The notes under the pieces: model-generated
The model's input: the letters and a program-made list of their open reading frames with translations, nothing else
Told to the model about the DNA's origin: nothing
The model's database searches: none
Made by a program: the position numbers and the translations under genes
Shown: piece by piece, positions 41,566-51,390 of the stretch
Position numbering within the stretch: position 1 is the first letter of the stretch
How the letters are laid out: each line of letters begins with the position of its first letter
Assembly (NCBI GenBank): GCA_030619765.1
Contig: JAUXAU010000004.1
Location: 5,717-69,716 of the forward strand
DNA from: Thermoplasmatota archaeon
GTDB lineage: Archaea; Thermoplasmatota; E2; DHVEG-1
Direction: 5' to 3'
Length of the DNA: 64,000 nucleotides

Positions 41566-42681
41566 ATGACAGAAGGAAACGAAAAGAAAATACAAGATTA
41601 TTGTGAATATAGGCTTGATGAGGAGAGAGTGGAAGAGACCACAGTTAAACTCAACCGCCATATTTTAACTAAATTTGCAGAGACATTGGATAAACCCTTC
41701 AAAAAAGCTACTCACAAGGACATAAGGAAATTCTTAAATTCCTATGCAGATAGAACAAAAGATTTGTACATTATAGTTCTGCGGAGGTTTTATCGTTGGC
41801 TATTTAAAAGCGATGAGCTACCAGAATGCATCAAAGGCTTTAAATTGCAGAGTAAGAGGTCAAGGGCACAACAGGATAATGACATAACACGAAAGGAACG
41901 CATAGTTACTCCAGAAGAGTATGAAAAACTGCAATCTGTTACAAAAAATCCACAGTTTAAGGCAATTTTTGAAACATTATATCTATTCGGTTGTAGAATC
42001 TCCGAGCTTACGAGTATGAAAGCTACAGGTGTTGATGACGATGGAGAAATTGTAACGATAGACCTTAGAGACTCCAAGACAAAGCCCAGAGTGACAGGAA
42101 TTAATGTGCGTCCTAAGTATCTGCTTGACTGGTACAACACATATCAACCATACAAAGGTCAGAAAGACAAGCCGTTGTGGGTATCTAAGAAAGGCACACT
42201 TATAAATAAGGGAGTTGTCAACAGCGAATTAATGAGATTTAGCGATAAAGCAGAGATCGGCAGGAATATCTCCCCACACGACTTCCGACATACAGCAATC
42301 ACTAGAGCATTAGACAAGGGAATGCCGACAACGCATGTGGAAGAACTATATGGTTTTGAAACAGGCTCTGCTGTAATTTCTGTTTATGATCATAATGACC
42401 AAAAAAGTGCAATGCAGTATCTTAGAAGAGCACAGGTTAAGCAAAGACCTCCGAGCTACAAGGAATTAAAAAAGAAAGCAGACTTAATCGAAATACTGGA
42501 ACAAAAAGTAGCAACATTGACAGAGCAAGTGGATAAAATGACGAAGCATGAGACAGATGTCCAAAGTAAAACACTGATTCTCAAACCAGAAGATCATCAG
42601 GAGCTGCGGCTTTACCTCGACACTAAATCTTGGTTTAAAGAGGCAATCAAAGAAGCCGATAAAGCCGATCAAAAAAAGTGA
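41566..42681 (+). CDS. tyrosine recombinase/integrase
   Basis: GCRISE (R), SKT (K), PHDFRH (HxxR), YGF..GS.....YDH (catalytic Y); SAM-like N-domain; coiled-coil tail. Confidence 0.93.
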   Translation: MTEGNEKKIQDYCEYRLDEERVEETTVKLNRHILTKFAETLDKPFKKATHKDIRKFLNSYADRTKDLYIIVLRRFYRWLFKSDELPECIKGFKLQSKRSRAQQDNDITRKERIVTPEEYEKLQSVTKNPQFKAIFETLYLFGCRISELTSMKATGVDDDGEIVTIDLRDSKTKPRVTGINVRPKYLLDWYNTYQPYKGQKDKPLWVSKKGTLINKGVVNSELMRFSDKAEIGRNISPHDFRHTAITRALDKGMPTTHVEELYGFETGSAVISVYDHNDQKSAMQYLRRAQVKQRPPSYKELKKKADLIEILEQKVATLTEQVDKMTKHETDVQSKTLILKPEDHQELRLYLDTKSWFKEAIKEADKADQKK

Positions 42682-42876
42682 TAAGATATGAATATTCAAA
42701 ATGTCTATTCTTTTTTTGTCTAAAAATGAGTACATTAACATTAGCTTATTATAAGGAGCAGGAGAAAAAGCATAATGTCCAAAAAGAGGGGAACCCCATG
42801 CTAACCTGTATCAAAGTCTTTATAAACCTATAATCATTACATTTCTTTAAATAATCAACAGGAGAAAAGGGATTAT

Positions 42877-43281
42877 ATGATTTACACAATTGGATATACC
42901 TCACTGGGCTTTAGGATATATCAAATAATCCCCAAACTTAGGCAAATAGCAGATGAAAAACGAGCAACAATTGTTGATATTCGGTCAAGACCATACGGTT
43001 TGGTAAATCTAAATCAACTAAAGAGGGAACTGGGCGCAAGGTATGTTTGGGTTCAGGAATTGGGTTTTCCGCAATATAAAGAGAATGCAGAGCGGGTAAA
43101 CCTTCCTTATAATAACATAATACTCATGTGTGCTGAAAAGGACTATAAATGCTGTCATAGGGCTGATGTAGCTAAAATATTAAGAAACATTCGCAATGAT
43201 AATGAGGTTATAGTTCATCTTAATAGTGCGGAGGTCGATGGAAATACAAATAATCAAAAGAAGTTGGCTTTGGGTTGTTGA
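42877..43281 (+). CDS. DUF488-family protein
   Basis: IYTIGY, VDIRSRP, LMCAE....CHR. Confidence 0.85.
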   Translation: MIYTIGYTSLGFRIYQIIPKLRQIADEKRATIVDIRSRPYGLVNLNQLKRELGARYVWVQELGFPQYKENAERVNLPYNNIILMCAEKDYKCCHRADVAKILRNIRNDNEVIVHLNSAEVDGNTNNQKKLALGC

Positions 43282-43304
43282 CACTTATCCTGTTGAACAG
43301 GGGC

Positions 43305-43337
43305 TTTGCACCTAAAGTCCATTTTGCACCTAAAGTC
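43305..43337 (+). repeat. 15-bp direct repeat x2
   Basis: TTTGCACCTAAAGTC at 43305 and 43323. Confidence 0.85.
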
Positions 43338-43452
43338 GAAATTTACAGGAGTGGTGTTTTACAAGAAGAATTTAAGATAAAGCTGATTATAGAATATTCA
43401 AATTTAATGGAATATTTTTATGAATAATTTTTTTGAAGATTTTGTTTTTCAA

Positions 43453-43554
43453 TTAATCTTCATCTATGCCGTTAATGAATTCGAGGACTGTGTCGATGCT
43501 TTCGCTTATCTGTTCTGCGACTTCATCCTCAATTTCATCCAAACACAAATGCAT
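43453..43554 (-). CDS. 33-aa highly acidic microprotein (not in ORF track)
   Basis: MHLCLDEIEDEVAEQISESIDTVLEFINGIDED*; SD AGGAGGTGA directly upstream (a TTG start two codons later is also possible). Confidence 0.5.
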   Translation of the reverse strand: MHLCLDEIEDEVAEQISESIDTVLEFINGIDED

Positions 43555-43720
43555 TCACCTCCTGTAATATCATTCTTTTATTTATATAGCGGTGGGTCTA
43601 CCGCTCAAAAGAATTTACAATAAGTCTATCCCTCACTGTTCTCATTGAAAATTCTCTTTAAAAATAATAATATGATCAACTTATATATAAACTTTATTTT
43701 TATTAATAGTGAAAATAAAT

Positions 43721-43903
43721 CTATTGTTTTATGTCTACTCTTAAAAAACGAATAAATTGAATCAAGCTCAGCAACCCAATAATAAGTGTTATCCCACCTT
43801 CTATCTGGTATCCTCTGACTATGAGTCCTATTCCTCCAAATGTAAAGAATCCAGCAATAGCACCTAAGATATATGTTAAAGGTCTCATATATGAGATAGA
43901 CAA
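43721..43903 (-). CDS. small 2-TM protein
   Basis: Two hydrophobic helices. Confidence 0.55.
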   Translation of the reverse strand: MSISYMRPLTYILGAIAGFFTFGGIGLIVRGYQIEGGITLIIGLLSLIQFIRFLRVDIKQ

Positions 43904-43947
43904 ATGGCTAAATACTAGATAAAAGATTTGACAATAGAGGAATATGT

Positions 43948-44517
43948 ATGGAACCCAAAGAAGTTGTTAGATATTTAACATCACTAATTGAAACAAGAAA
44001 GGAAATTTTTAAAATTGCCTATTGTAGGGGAAAGGATAAAGGAAAAAGAATAGAATCCTGGATTAACACAGAAATGTTGGCAAAACTGTTGGAATTAAAA
44101 GAAAAAAATGAAGTTGAAGAAGTTGAGGGGGAACATGTATATCATATTCCAAAGGGAACATCCCCAAGAAGAAGCTATGAGCATTGCGATTTATGGTGGT
44201 TCATTAATAATGAAGAACACTGGTTAGAAGTAAAAACCCTTGTATTCCACCGCAATTCTGATGGGTTAAAAGATAAATATAAAAAAAGAATCAAAAAGGA
44301 TTTGAATAAAGTTGATAGATTGAGACCACCATATAATTTCTATCACCTATTGATGATTTTTGATGATGAATATTACTATACGGGTGAATGGATGGAAGAT
44401 GTATATGCTATTTATCAAGATTACAAAATGAAGAAAGAAGATAAATGGAAATTTGATGTAAATCAAAGAAAAACAGTTTATGCATTTTTGCATTATAAAT
44501 CGGGAGATAATCAGTAA
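43948..44517 (+). CDS. putative PD-(D/E)XK nuclease
   Basis: E.W...E, CDLW...WLEVK. Confidence 0.6.
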   Translation: MEPKEVVRYLTSLIETRKEIFKIAYCRGKDKGKRIESWINTEMLAKLLELKEKNEVEEVEGEHVYHIPKGTSPRRSYEHCDLWWFINNEEHWLEVKTLVFHRNSDGLKDKYKKRIKKDLNKVDRLRPPYNFYHLLMIFDDEYYYTGEWMEDVYAIYQDYKMKKEDKWKFDVNQRKTVYAFLHYKSGDNQ

Positions 44518-44583
44518 CGAATTGGATTTAAAAACTTGGTATCTTAAATAATAGATAAAAGATTTGAAAATGAGGGAGAAATT

Positions 44584-45117
44584 ATGAGCAGAAATTATGT
44601 AGAAGAACTCGTTTCAGAATATTATAAAATCCATGGCTATTTTGTGATGAATAATTATTGGTTTCCTTTTACTAGTGAAAGAAAAAGAATTGTAAAGGGA
44701 AAAAAACAAAAATTTACTGCTCAAAGTTGGACAGATATTGACATAGTTGCAATCAACTCAAAGGAGTTGCTACTTATTCAAACTAAGGCAATAATTAATA
44801 CAAAAAAAGTTGCAGAAAATATTATAAAATTTTTCAGGAGAGTAGATGCTTTCTTAGCTAAGGGTTTAGCTTTGGATCAAAAATCAGAAATCAAATGGTG
44901 GAAAAAGAAACGCACGATAAAAAGAATTGTTATATATGAGACTGGTATCCCAAGTTATAATCGTATTGTTGAAAATGCTGGAATTAAAACTATTGATTTT
45001 AAAGAGATCTTGGAGGACATCATTAAATATATTTCAAAGAAAAAAGGCGTTAAGGAAGGAAATCCGATCATGAGATTGATAACTTATTTAAACAACAAGA
45101 AAATCGTAAAGATATGA
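44584..45117 (+). CDS. putative PD-(D/E)XK nuclease (Mrr/Hjc-like)
   Basis: EELVSEYY..HGY, DIDIVA...LIQTK. Confidence 0.7.
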   Translation: MSRNYVEELVSEYYKIHGYFVMNNYWFPFTSERKRIVKGKKQKFTAQSWTDIDIVAINSKELLLIQTKAIINTKKVAENIIKFFRRVDAFLAKGLALDQKSEIKWWKKKRTIKRIVIYETGIPSYNRIVENAGIKTIDFKEILEDIIKYISKKKGVKEGNPIMRLITYLNNKKIVKI

Positions 45118-45156
45118 AAAAATATTAGTTTTAGATTTGAAAATGGAAGAGGTAAA

Positions 45157-46194
45157 ATGGTTGGTTTTTTCGATAAGAAACAATTTTATGAATTTATATT
45201 TCCTATTGAAAATTTAGAGATTACCAAAAGAAGTTTTACAGTTGGCAAAGTAAGGTTTTTTGAATATAATAATTATCAATTTAATAAGATAATGAAAAAA
45301 ATTAGAATGAAAATAGATCAAAACCAATATTATAATCAACGTCCACAAGCAAAGAAAAATGTAATTGCCACATTGAGAAAATATTATGAATTAAACCTTA
45401 ACGATAATGGCAATAAAACATGTGCGATTGCTGAATCATATAGTCATATTGATGACGCAATTTTACAAACATTGCATGATGTGAAAATCGCTGTCAATGT
45501 TTTAAAACTATATCGTTATCAAAACGATGATTTTTACAGAACTTATTTTGGTATTCAAGGAGAAATAATTCCTAGGAATGTGCGAGCAATTCTCGCTAAG
45601 GCATCTCGATCAGAAATGTATCGTCCTTCCGTTGAAACATATGGAAGTAGTTATCCTTTTAGAGTTGATGACCGTAGAATTAGTTTCATGGAAAATAATG
45701 GTTTTAATATCCTTGATAAAATGTTGAAAAAAAAGAAAAGTCAATTTAATGCATTAGACAGAAGAATTATTTCAGCAATAAATTGGTTTGGCGAGAGCTT
45801 TAATTCAAATATTGCTATAAGAGAAAAGTACAAATCAATATATCAGACTAAGCGAATAGGGACAGGGAAACCTAAGAATTATGGTCTTTCTGAACCTGAG
45901 AGATTAGTTTTTTGTATTACTGCATTGGAAGGATTATTTCTATTCAGTAACAGAGAAAAGCATGAAAGAGTTGGTGAGAGAATTTCAAAAATTATCGGAA
46001 GGAACATAACTATAAGATATGAAAAGCTGTATAAAATCAGATGTAGTATTGTTCATGGTAGCAGGAGTTATGTAGATAAAAACGAACTTGATGACATTTT
46101 TGGGTTGACTAGGTCAGCAATAATTGTATTAATTAGAAGAAAAGGTAGATTAGGTATTAAAAACGTACCAGAACTTAGAAATTGGTTAAAATGA
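45157..46194 (+). CDS. ApeA-like HEPN-domain protein
   Basis: ALEGLF...LYKIRCSIVHG (Rx4H). Confidence 0.75.
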   Translation: MVGFFDKKQFYEFIFPIENLEITKRSFTVGKVRFFEYNNYQFNKIMKKIRMKIDQNQYYNQRPQAKKNVIATLRKYYELNLNDNGNKTCAIAESYSHIDDAILQTLHDVKIAVNVLKLYRYQNDDFYRTYFGIQGEIIPRNVRAILAKASRSEMYRPSVETYGSSYPFRVDDRRISFMENNGFNILDKMLKKKKSQFNALDRRIISAINWFGESFNSNIAIREKYKSIYQTKRIGTGKPKNYGLSEPERLVFCITALEGLFLFSNREKHERVGERISKIIGRNITIRYEKLYKIRCSIVHGSRSYVDKNELDDIFGLTRSAIIVLIRRKGRLGIKNVPELRNWLK

Positions 46195-46387
46195 AAATAT
46201 AAGTGCAAAGCTAAAAATATTTCTTCTCCTGTTACTTTTGAATTTTTGTGCAGAATTAGTATTTTTTGTGCAAAAACGATTATTTGTGCAAAGCCTAAAA
46301 CCTTTGAAAATTATATCGATACATTGGTTAGTTAGGTTTTTAAATAAGGAGTAGGTTACAAGAATGTAATTTTGGAGGAGGCAAAGG

Positions 46388-48868
46388 TTGGAGGATATAG
46401 GTTCATCAAAGAAATTAGGAGATTTTATCAATAATATTGAAAAATATAGGAGATTAAAACTTATTGGATTTGTTCTAACTCCCATAGTTATTGGCTTTTT
46501 TATTTTAAGATATTGCAATATTAAATTAAATGAACTAGAAAAAGAAATAAGAGTTGAAATACAACAAGAAATGGAAGAGATAAGAATCACACATAGAAAT
46601 GTTATAATAGATGATACTTACCTTATATATTCAAAAAGAACCGACCTTCTAAATTATTATGATGCTCGTATAAGATGGATAACCCAATTATCATCTTATA
46701 AAAATTGTTTTAGCTCCGGATTAATCGGGTTAATAGAGGAATCAGAGAAGGAAATAAGTTGTATTAGACTCAAAATAGATAATTTCAACAAAGAATTTGT
46801 CAAACGTAGAAAAAATGAATATCAATATTTGTTTGATAAAGTACCTTTTCCATTAGATGAAAATCAGAAAAATGCAATTATAATAGACGACAAACATAAT
46901 CTTGTTGTTGCAGGTGCAGGATCTGGTAAAACAGAAGTTCTCATCAACAGAATAGCTTATCTCATTGAAAGAAAACCTGATACAGTTAATCGTAAGAAAA
47001 TACTTGCTTTAGCCTTCCAGAGAGATGCAGCAAGACAAATGAAGAATAGATTGAAAGAAAGATATAATCTTGATGTTGAAATTCGAACTTTTCACTCTCT
47101 TGGACTTAATATTTTAAAAGAAATTGATGAGAGATATAAATTATATGGTGGGGATAATCATGAACAAAAATCTATTCAGCTTATATCAAAGTTAGTTAAC
47201 GATGCTAAAAAAGAAAGAGAGTTTCAGAACCATCTTATTAATTATATGAAATGGGTAGGAACATCAGAAAAGACAAAAGATGAAGCTGACTTTAAAGAAA
47301 AAGAAGAATTCTATGAATATATGAGAAATTTAGAACTGACTGCTTTAGATGAAACTAAAGTTAAAAGCCATGGAGAACTTGAAATTATTAATTTTTTCTT
47401 AACCAACAAAATAAACAATAAGAATATCAAGGTTTTATATGAAGACTATGCTGAATGGATGGAATATGAAGATCCGGATAAGTTAAAACATACTCCTCGT
47501 CCTGATTTTTATTTGCCTGATTACGATGTATATATTGAGCATTGGGCAATTGACGATGATGGAAGTACATGGGAAAATGATTATCTTCGTACAATGAAGA
47601 TTAAAAAGAAGAAGTTTGCAGAGCATAATAAAACATTGATTGAAACAACATATGGGGAATTCAAGAACAATAAAAACTTCATTGAATTATTAAAGGAACG
47701 ATTACTAAAAATATTACATGAGAAATATCCAGATAAAGATTTTACAATTACACCAATTGAATATGAAGAACTTGTTAAGAAGGTATGGGATGAGTGTAAA
47801 GTATACATTGATAATCTGCCAAAACACATAGCTAACTATATTAAAAATGCAAAAACCTATTATCTAACTCCAGAAAAAATAAGTGAGCGATTATCCAAAG
47901 AGAAGTGGAATAGAGAACAAATAACCTTCTCGCAAGTAGCTTTAAAAATCTACGAAGATTATCAGAATGAGCTCAAATCTTCAGGATATATTGATTTTGA
48001 AGATATGATAAATATTGCTATTGAAAGCTTAAAAAATAGCCCTGAATTATTAAAAGATAATTATGACCATATCCTTGTGGATGAATATCAGGACATTAGT
48101 CAGCAAAGATATGAATTAATAAAAACCATCGTGGAGAAGAATCAAAATTGTAAGTTGTTTTGCGTTGGTGATGATTGGCAGAGTATCATGAGTTTTGCAG
48201 GTTCAAATCCTGAATTTTTCATTAATTTTGATAAATATTTTGACCATCCTGCAAGAACTGATTTAACATTTAATTATCGAAGTATAAAATCAATCGTTGA
48301 AACTGGAAATGAAATAATCAAGTATAACGGTGACCAACAAATATCAAAAAAGGTCTATGCGAATAATGAGCAGATAGTACCTATTGATGTTTTTTATCTA
48401 ATGCATAAGGAAAATTATAAATGGAAATATTATAAACAGATGGTAGAGGACTGTATTGACCGTATTAAATACCATTTAGATAACGGATATGAATCCGAGG
48501 ACATTATGGTCTTAACTCGAATTACTAAAAATCCTATATATAAGGAATTTTTTTATGAGTATGTAAACAATAATAATATTTCATTTTCCTCGATACATAA
48601 GAGCAAGGGTTTACAATCAAAGATTGTCTTTTTACTTGATATGAAAGAAGGTGTGTATGGGTTCCCATGTCAACTTCATAATCCAGTAATATTTGAACCA
48701 GCTCGTATGGAGGTAATATCAGATAAGGTCGTTGAAGAAAGACGATTATTTTATGTTGCTGTTACACGAGCTAAAGAAAAACTATATGTTTACTCACAAA
48801 AATCTAATCCCAGCAGATTTTTATCTGAAATGGGAGAATATGTTAATCACCAGAATATTGGTTATTGA
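46388..48868 (+). CDS. UvrD/helicase IV-like SF1 helicase with N-terminal TM segment and inserted nuclease-like domain
   Basis: AGAGSGKT, VDEYQD, VGDDWQSI, SIHKSKGL, EERRLFYVAVTRA; insert KS.GE...PDFYL....IEHW. Confidence 0.9.
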   Translation: MEDIGSSKKLGDFINNIEKYRRLKLIGFVLTPIVIGFFILRYCNIKLNELEKEIRVEIQQEMEEIRITHRNVIIDDTYLIYSKRTDLLNYYDARIRWITQLSSYKNCFSSGLIGLIEESEKEISCIRLKIDNFNKEFVKRRKNEYQYLFDKVPFPLDENQKNAIIIDDKHNLVVAGAGSGKTEVLINRIAYLIERKPDTVNRKKILALAFQRDAARQMKNRLKERYNLDVEIRTFHSLGLNILKEIDERYKLYGGDNHEQKSIQLISKLVNDAKKEREFQNHLINYMKWVGTSEKTKDEADFKEKEEFYEYMRNLELTALDETKVKSHGELEIINFFLTNKINNKNIKVLYEDYAEWMEYEDPDKLKHTPRPDFYLPDYDVYIEHWAIDDDGSTWENDYLRTMKIKKKKFAEHNKTLIETTYGEFKNNKNFIELLKERLLKILHEKYPDKDFTITPIEYEELVKKVWDECKVYIDNLPKHIANYIKNAKTYYLTPEKISERLSKEKWNREQITFSQVALKIYEDYQNELKSSGYIDFEDMINIAIESLKNSPELLKDNYDHILVDEYQDISQQRYELIKTIVEKNQNCKLFCVGDDWQSIMSFAGSNPEFFINFDKYFDHPARTDLTFNYRSIKSIVETGNEIIKYNGDQQISKKVYANNEQIVPIDVFYLMHKENYKWKYYKQMVEDCIDRIKYHLDNGYESEDIMVLTRITKNPIYKEFFYEYVNNNNISFSSIHKSKGLQSKIVFLLDMKEGVYGFPCQLHNPVIFEPARMEVISDKVVEERRLFYVAVTRAKEKLYVYSQKSNPSRFLSEMGEYVNHQNIGY

Positions 48869-48943
48869 TATGAAGTTGAAGATTTGGAGGAGGAAAAGGA
48901 AATGAATAACAATAGGGGATTTCTCGCAACAGGTATAATACTA

Positions 48944-50380
48944 TTAATTCTCGGAATATTTTTCGATTTTCTTTAAATCTTTGATTTCAATGTATTTATT
49001 TTTATCAGAACTTGCATCATTGTATTTCATGCCAGTAGCAAATCCAAAATTAAATAGTAAATCTTCTATCTTGCCGTGATAATGGCTATAAGCATTTAAA
49101 CTTCTATGTGTTTTTAGTTCTTGTTTTAGTTTATTATCAAGTTTTTCTATCAATTTATCCTTTTCTTTGGTTGGTATTGCTCTAAACATTAAAATCAATT
49201 TCTTGATTGATTCGATTTGTTCCGCATGATAGGAGTGAATAGCAATTAAACCTAATTCGTGATAATAAATTCGGTTGTCCGGTAAATCAGACATTAAATA
49301 AACTAAGAATTTGAAGAATTTAAGATTACCCCATACCCAAGTGATATTTACTAATCCAGTTGTATAAATTGAACGTAGTCTAGATACATCTGTAGTTGAG
49401 GTTTTAACCAACTCATATCCAAGAGCTGTTATTTTATATTCACTTCTGTTATATTTTTGTATTAGTCCTAATCGTTCTAAATAATTCTTATGTTGACGAA
49501 TAAACCAATCTCTTTTTTGTTCTTCTGTATATCTATGTTTATATGTTATACCTGCCTGTTTTATTATAGAATTGACGTATCTAATGTCTTTTCGACTCGT
49601 TGAGAATGATGCATATCCGTCACTTTTGTATTCTTTACTTTTGATAATTAATTCTATAATTTTTCGTAGTTCCTTTAATTTATCTGTATTAATTATTCCA
49701 TGTCCTGGTAATAAATACCAACCACGCCATTTTTCCAAATTTACAATTTTTTTATTACTTTTAATATATTTTATCCAATCATCTACAAATGTGAGGATTG
49801 TTTTACTATTCTCACCGAAATTATAGGTTCCATCCTCCTTATATTTGATTTTAATATGTTTGGTTTTCTCAACATCTTTGTAATTGTCAATATATTCATC
49901 ATCAATCAATAAAGATTTTTCACTTTCCCATAATTTCCTAAAATATTTTATTTGCTGTTTAATGATCGTGGTTTTTCCCTTAATTATAATGTTTGCTTCA
50001 ATGTTTTTTTCTAATGCACCTTTACTTATATTTGATGATCCAGTAATGGTAATTATATTTGGTTTGGAATGAAATATCCATAATTTTGGATGATATGTTT
50101 TTTGTGGATCTCGATATACTTTGAGTATCACGCCCATCTTCAATAATTCTCTAAGAGCAGTACTCTCAGAGATATTCATATCTTCTCCAAATAATAATTC
50201 AATTTTTCCTCCATCCTGAATAAACTTTTGAAATGTAGGCTTTAAATAATCAACACCAGACCTCCTGACAAATGAAATTCCCATTTGAACCTTTTTCAGA
50301 TTTTCTATTTCAAAGCAATCTATGATTGCTTTTAATGTTGTTTGCCCATTGTCGTTAAAAACAAATACTAAATCCTTCAC
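48944..50380 (-). CDS. PLD(HKD)-family endonuclease (NgoFVII/BfiI-like N-domain)
   Basis: YHPKLWIF...TGSSNISKGALEKNIE. Confidence 0.82.
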   Translation of the reverse strand: MKDLVFVFNDNGQTTLKAIIDCFEIENLKKVQMGISFVRRSGVDYLKPTFQKFIQDGGKIELLFGEDMNISESTALRELLKMGVILKVYRDPQKTYHPKLWIFHSKPNIITITGSSNISKGALEKNIEANIIIKGKTTIIKQQIKYFRKLWESEKSLLIDDEYIDNYKDVEKTKHIKIKYKEDGTYNFGENSKTILTFVDDWIKYIKSNKKIVNLEKWRGWYLLPGHGIINTDKLKELRKIIELIIKSKEYKSDGYASFSTSRKDIRYVNSIIKQAGITYKHRYTEEQKRDWFIRQHKNYLERLGLIQKYNRSEYKITALGYELVKTSTTDVSRLRSIYTTGLVNITWVWGNLKFFKFLVYLMSDLPDNRIYYHELGLIAIHSYHAEQIESIKKLILMFRAIPTKEKDKLIEKLDNKLKQELKTHRSLNAYSHYHGKIEDLLFNFGFATGMKYNDASSDKNKYIEIKDLKKIEKYSEN

Positions 50381-50578
50381 TCTATTGCTATCTTAATATT
50401 CTTTTATAAAGATTGTGAACATGAATTTTATGATATGCAACATTTTGATAATCCTTTTAACTTTTAACCATTGTTCTATGTTTATATTAAATTTTTTTTG
50501 GAACAACATCCGAATCTAAAAAGGATCACCTATAAAAACCAATTATCTAATCTAAAGTGTTGTATACCATTTATCCTA

Positions 50579-51007
50579 TTATGACCAAACTCCTTTTCTT
50601 TTTGATAAAGAAATCAGGATTTCAATATCTTTGTCATCAATTTCAAGGATATATCCATTCATATGTTTACTCGCTTTTAATAATTTGGAAGAAATGTTTG
50701 GATGTTGTTTTACTAATTTCAACGGAACTGGATTTTCTAATAGACATGTATTTGACAAATCAATTATATATTTTTTACCATTATCATATACTTCAGAAGT
50801 CACGATAGATTTGGCTACAAATGCAGATTTAAACATTTTTACTAGAGTGTTTTCTTTTTTAAGATAATGGAAAATAATGTCACCTTTTTCCACTCGGCTC
50901 ATTATATAAAAAATCTTTTTATTTCGAAATGATATTAAATCTTCCTTACCTTCTAGCTTTTTCTCCAGAGAATCTGTGCCACATTTAACTTCAATCCAAG
51001 TTGTCAT
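50579..51007 (-). CDS. EVE/PUA-like domain protein
   Basis: MSRVEKGDIIFHY..., LENPVPL. Confidence 0.6.
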   Translation of the reverse strand: MTTWIEVKCGTDSLEKKLEGKEDLISFRNKKIFYIMSRVEKGDIIFHYLKKENTLVKMFKSAFVAKSIVTSEVYDNGKKYIIDLSNTCLLENPVPLKLVKQHPNISSKLLKASKHMNGYILEIDDKDIEILISLSKRKGVWS

Positions 51008-51390
51008 GTTTTTACCTTTTTTTATAATTATATGACATATTGAAGATGAATAGTTGGTATATAGGAGAATGGATAAACATATTGGTATAATTTCTTATTT
51101 TCTAGTATTTATATACTCATTCTCTTTAGCTCCTGTTAAAAATTAGGTTTAGTAGTGCGAATATATTAAATATCTCCTTTTAGATTTGTGAATTGGAGAT
51201 TTCATTTTTTCGGTTCCGAAAGTGCATCGAAATTTCCTGTCTAGGGAGATCTCAACCAACATTCCCTACGGCCCTTATTAACTTATGTTTCTACTTATCT
51301 TATTATCTCATAAAATATGGTGTACTAAAAATTTTCCGGAATGAGAGTTTCCACATGGCAAAAAATTAAAAAGAAAAAATAACGATGAAT

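Noticed and set aside
51200-51280. TAGGGA/TCCCTA stem in an intergenic region
   Set aside because: A single 6-bp stem with no supporting features.
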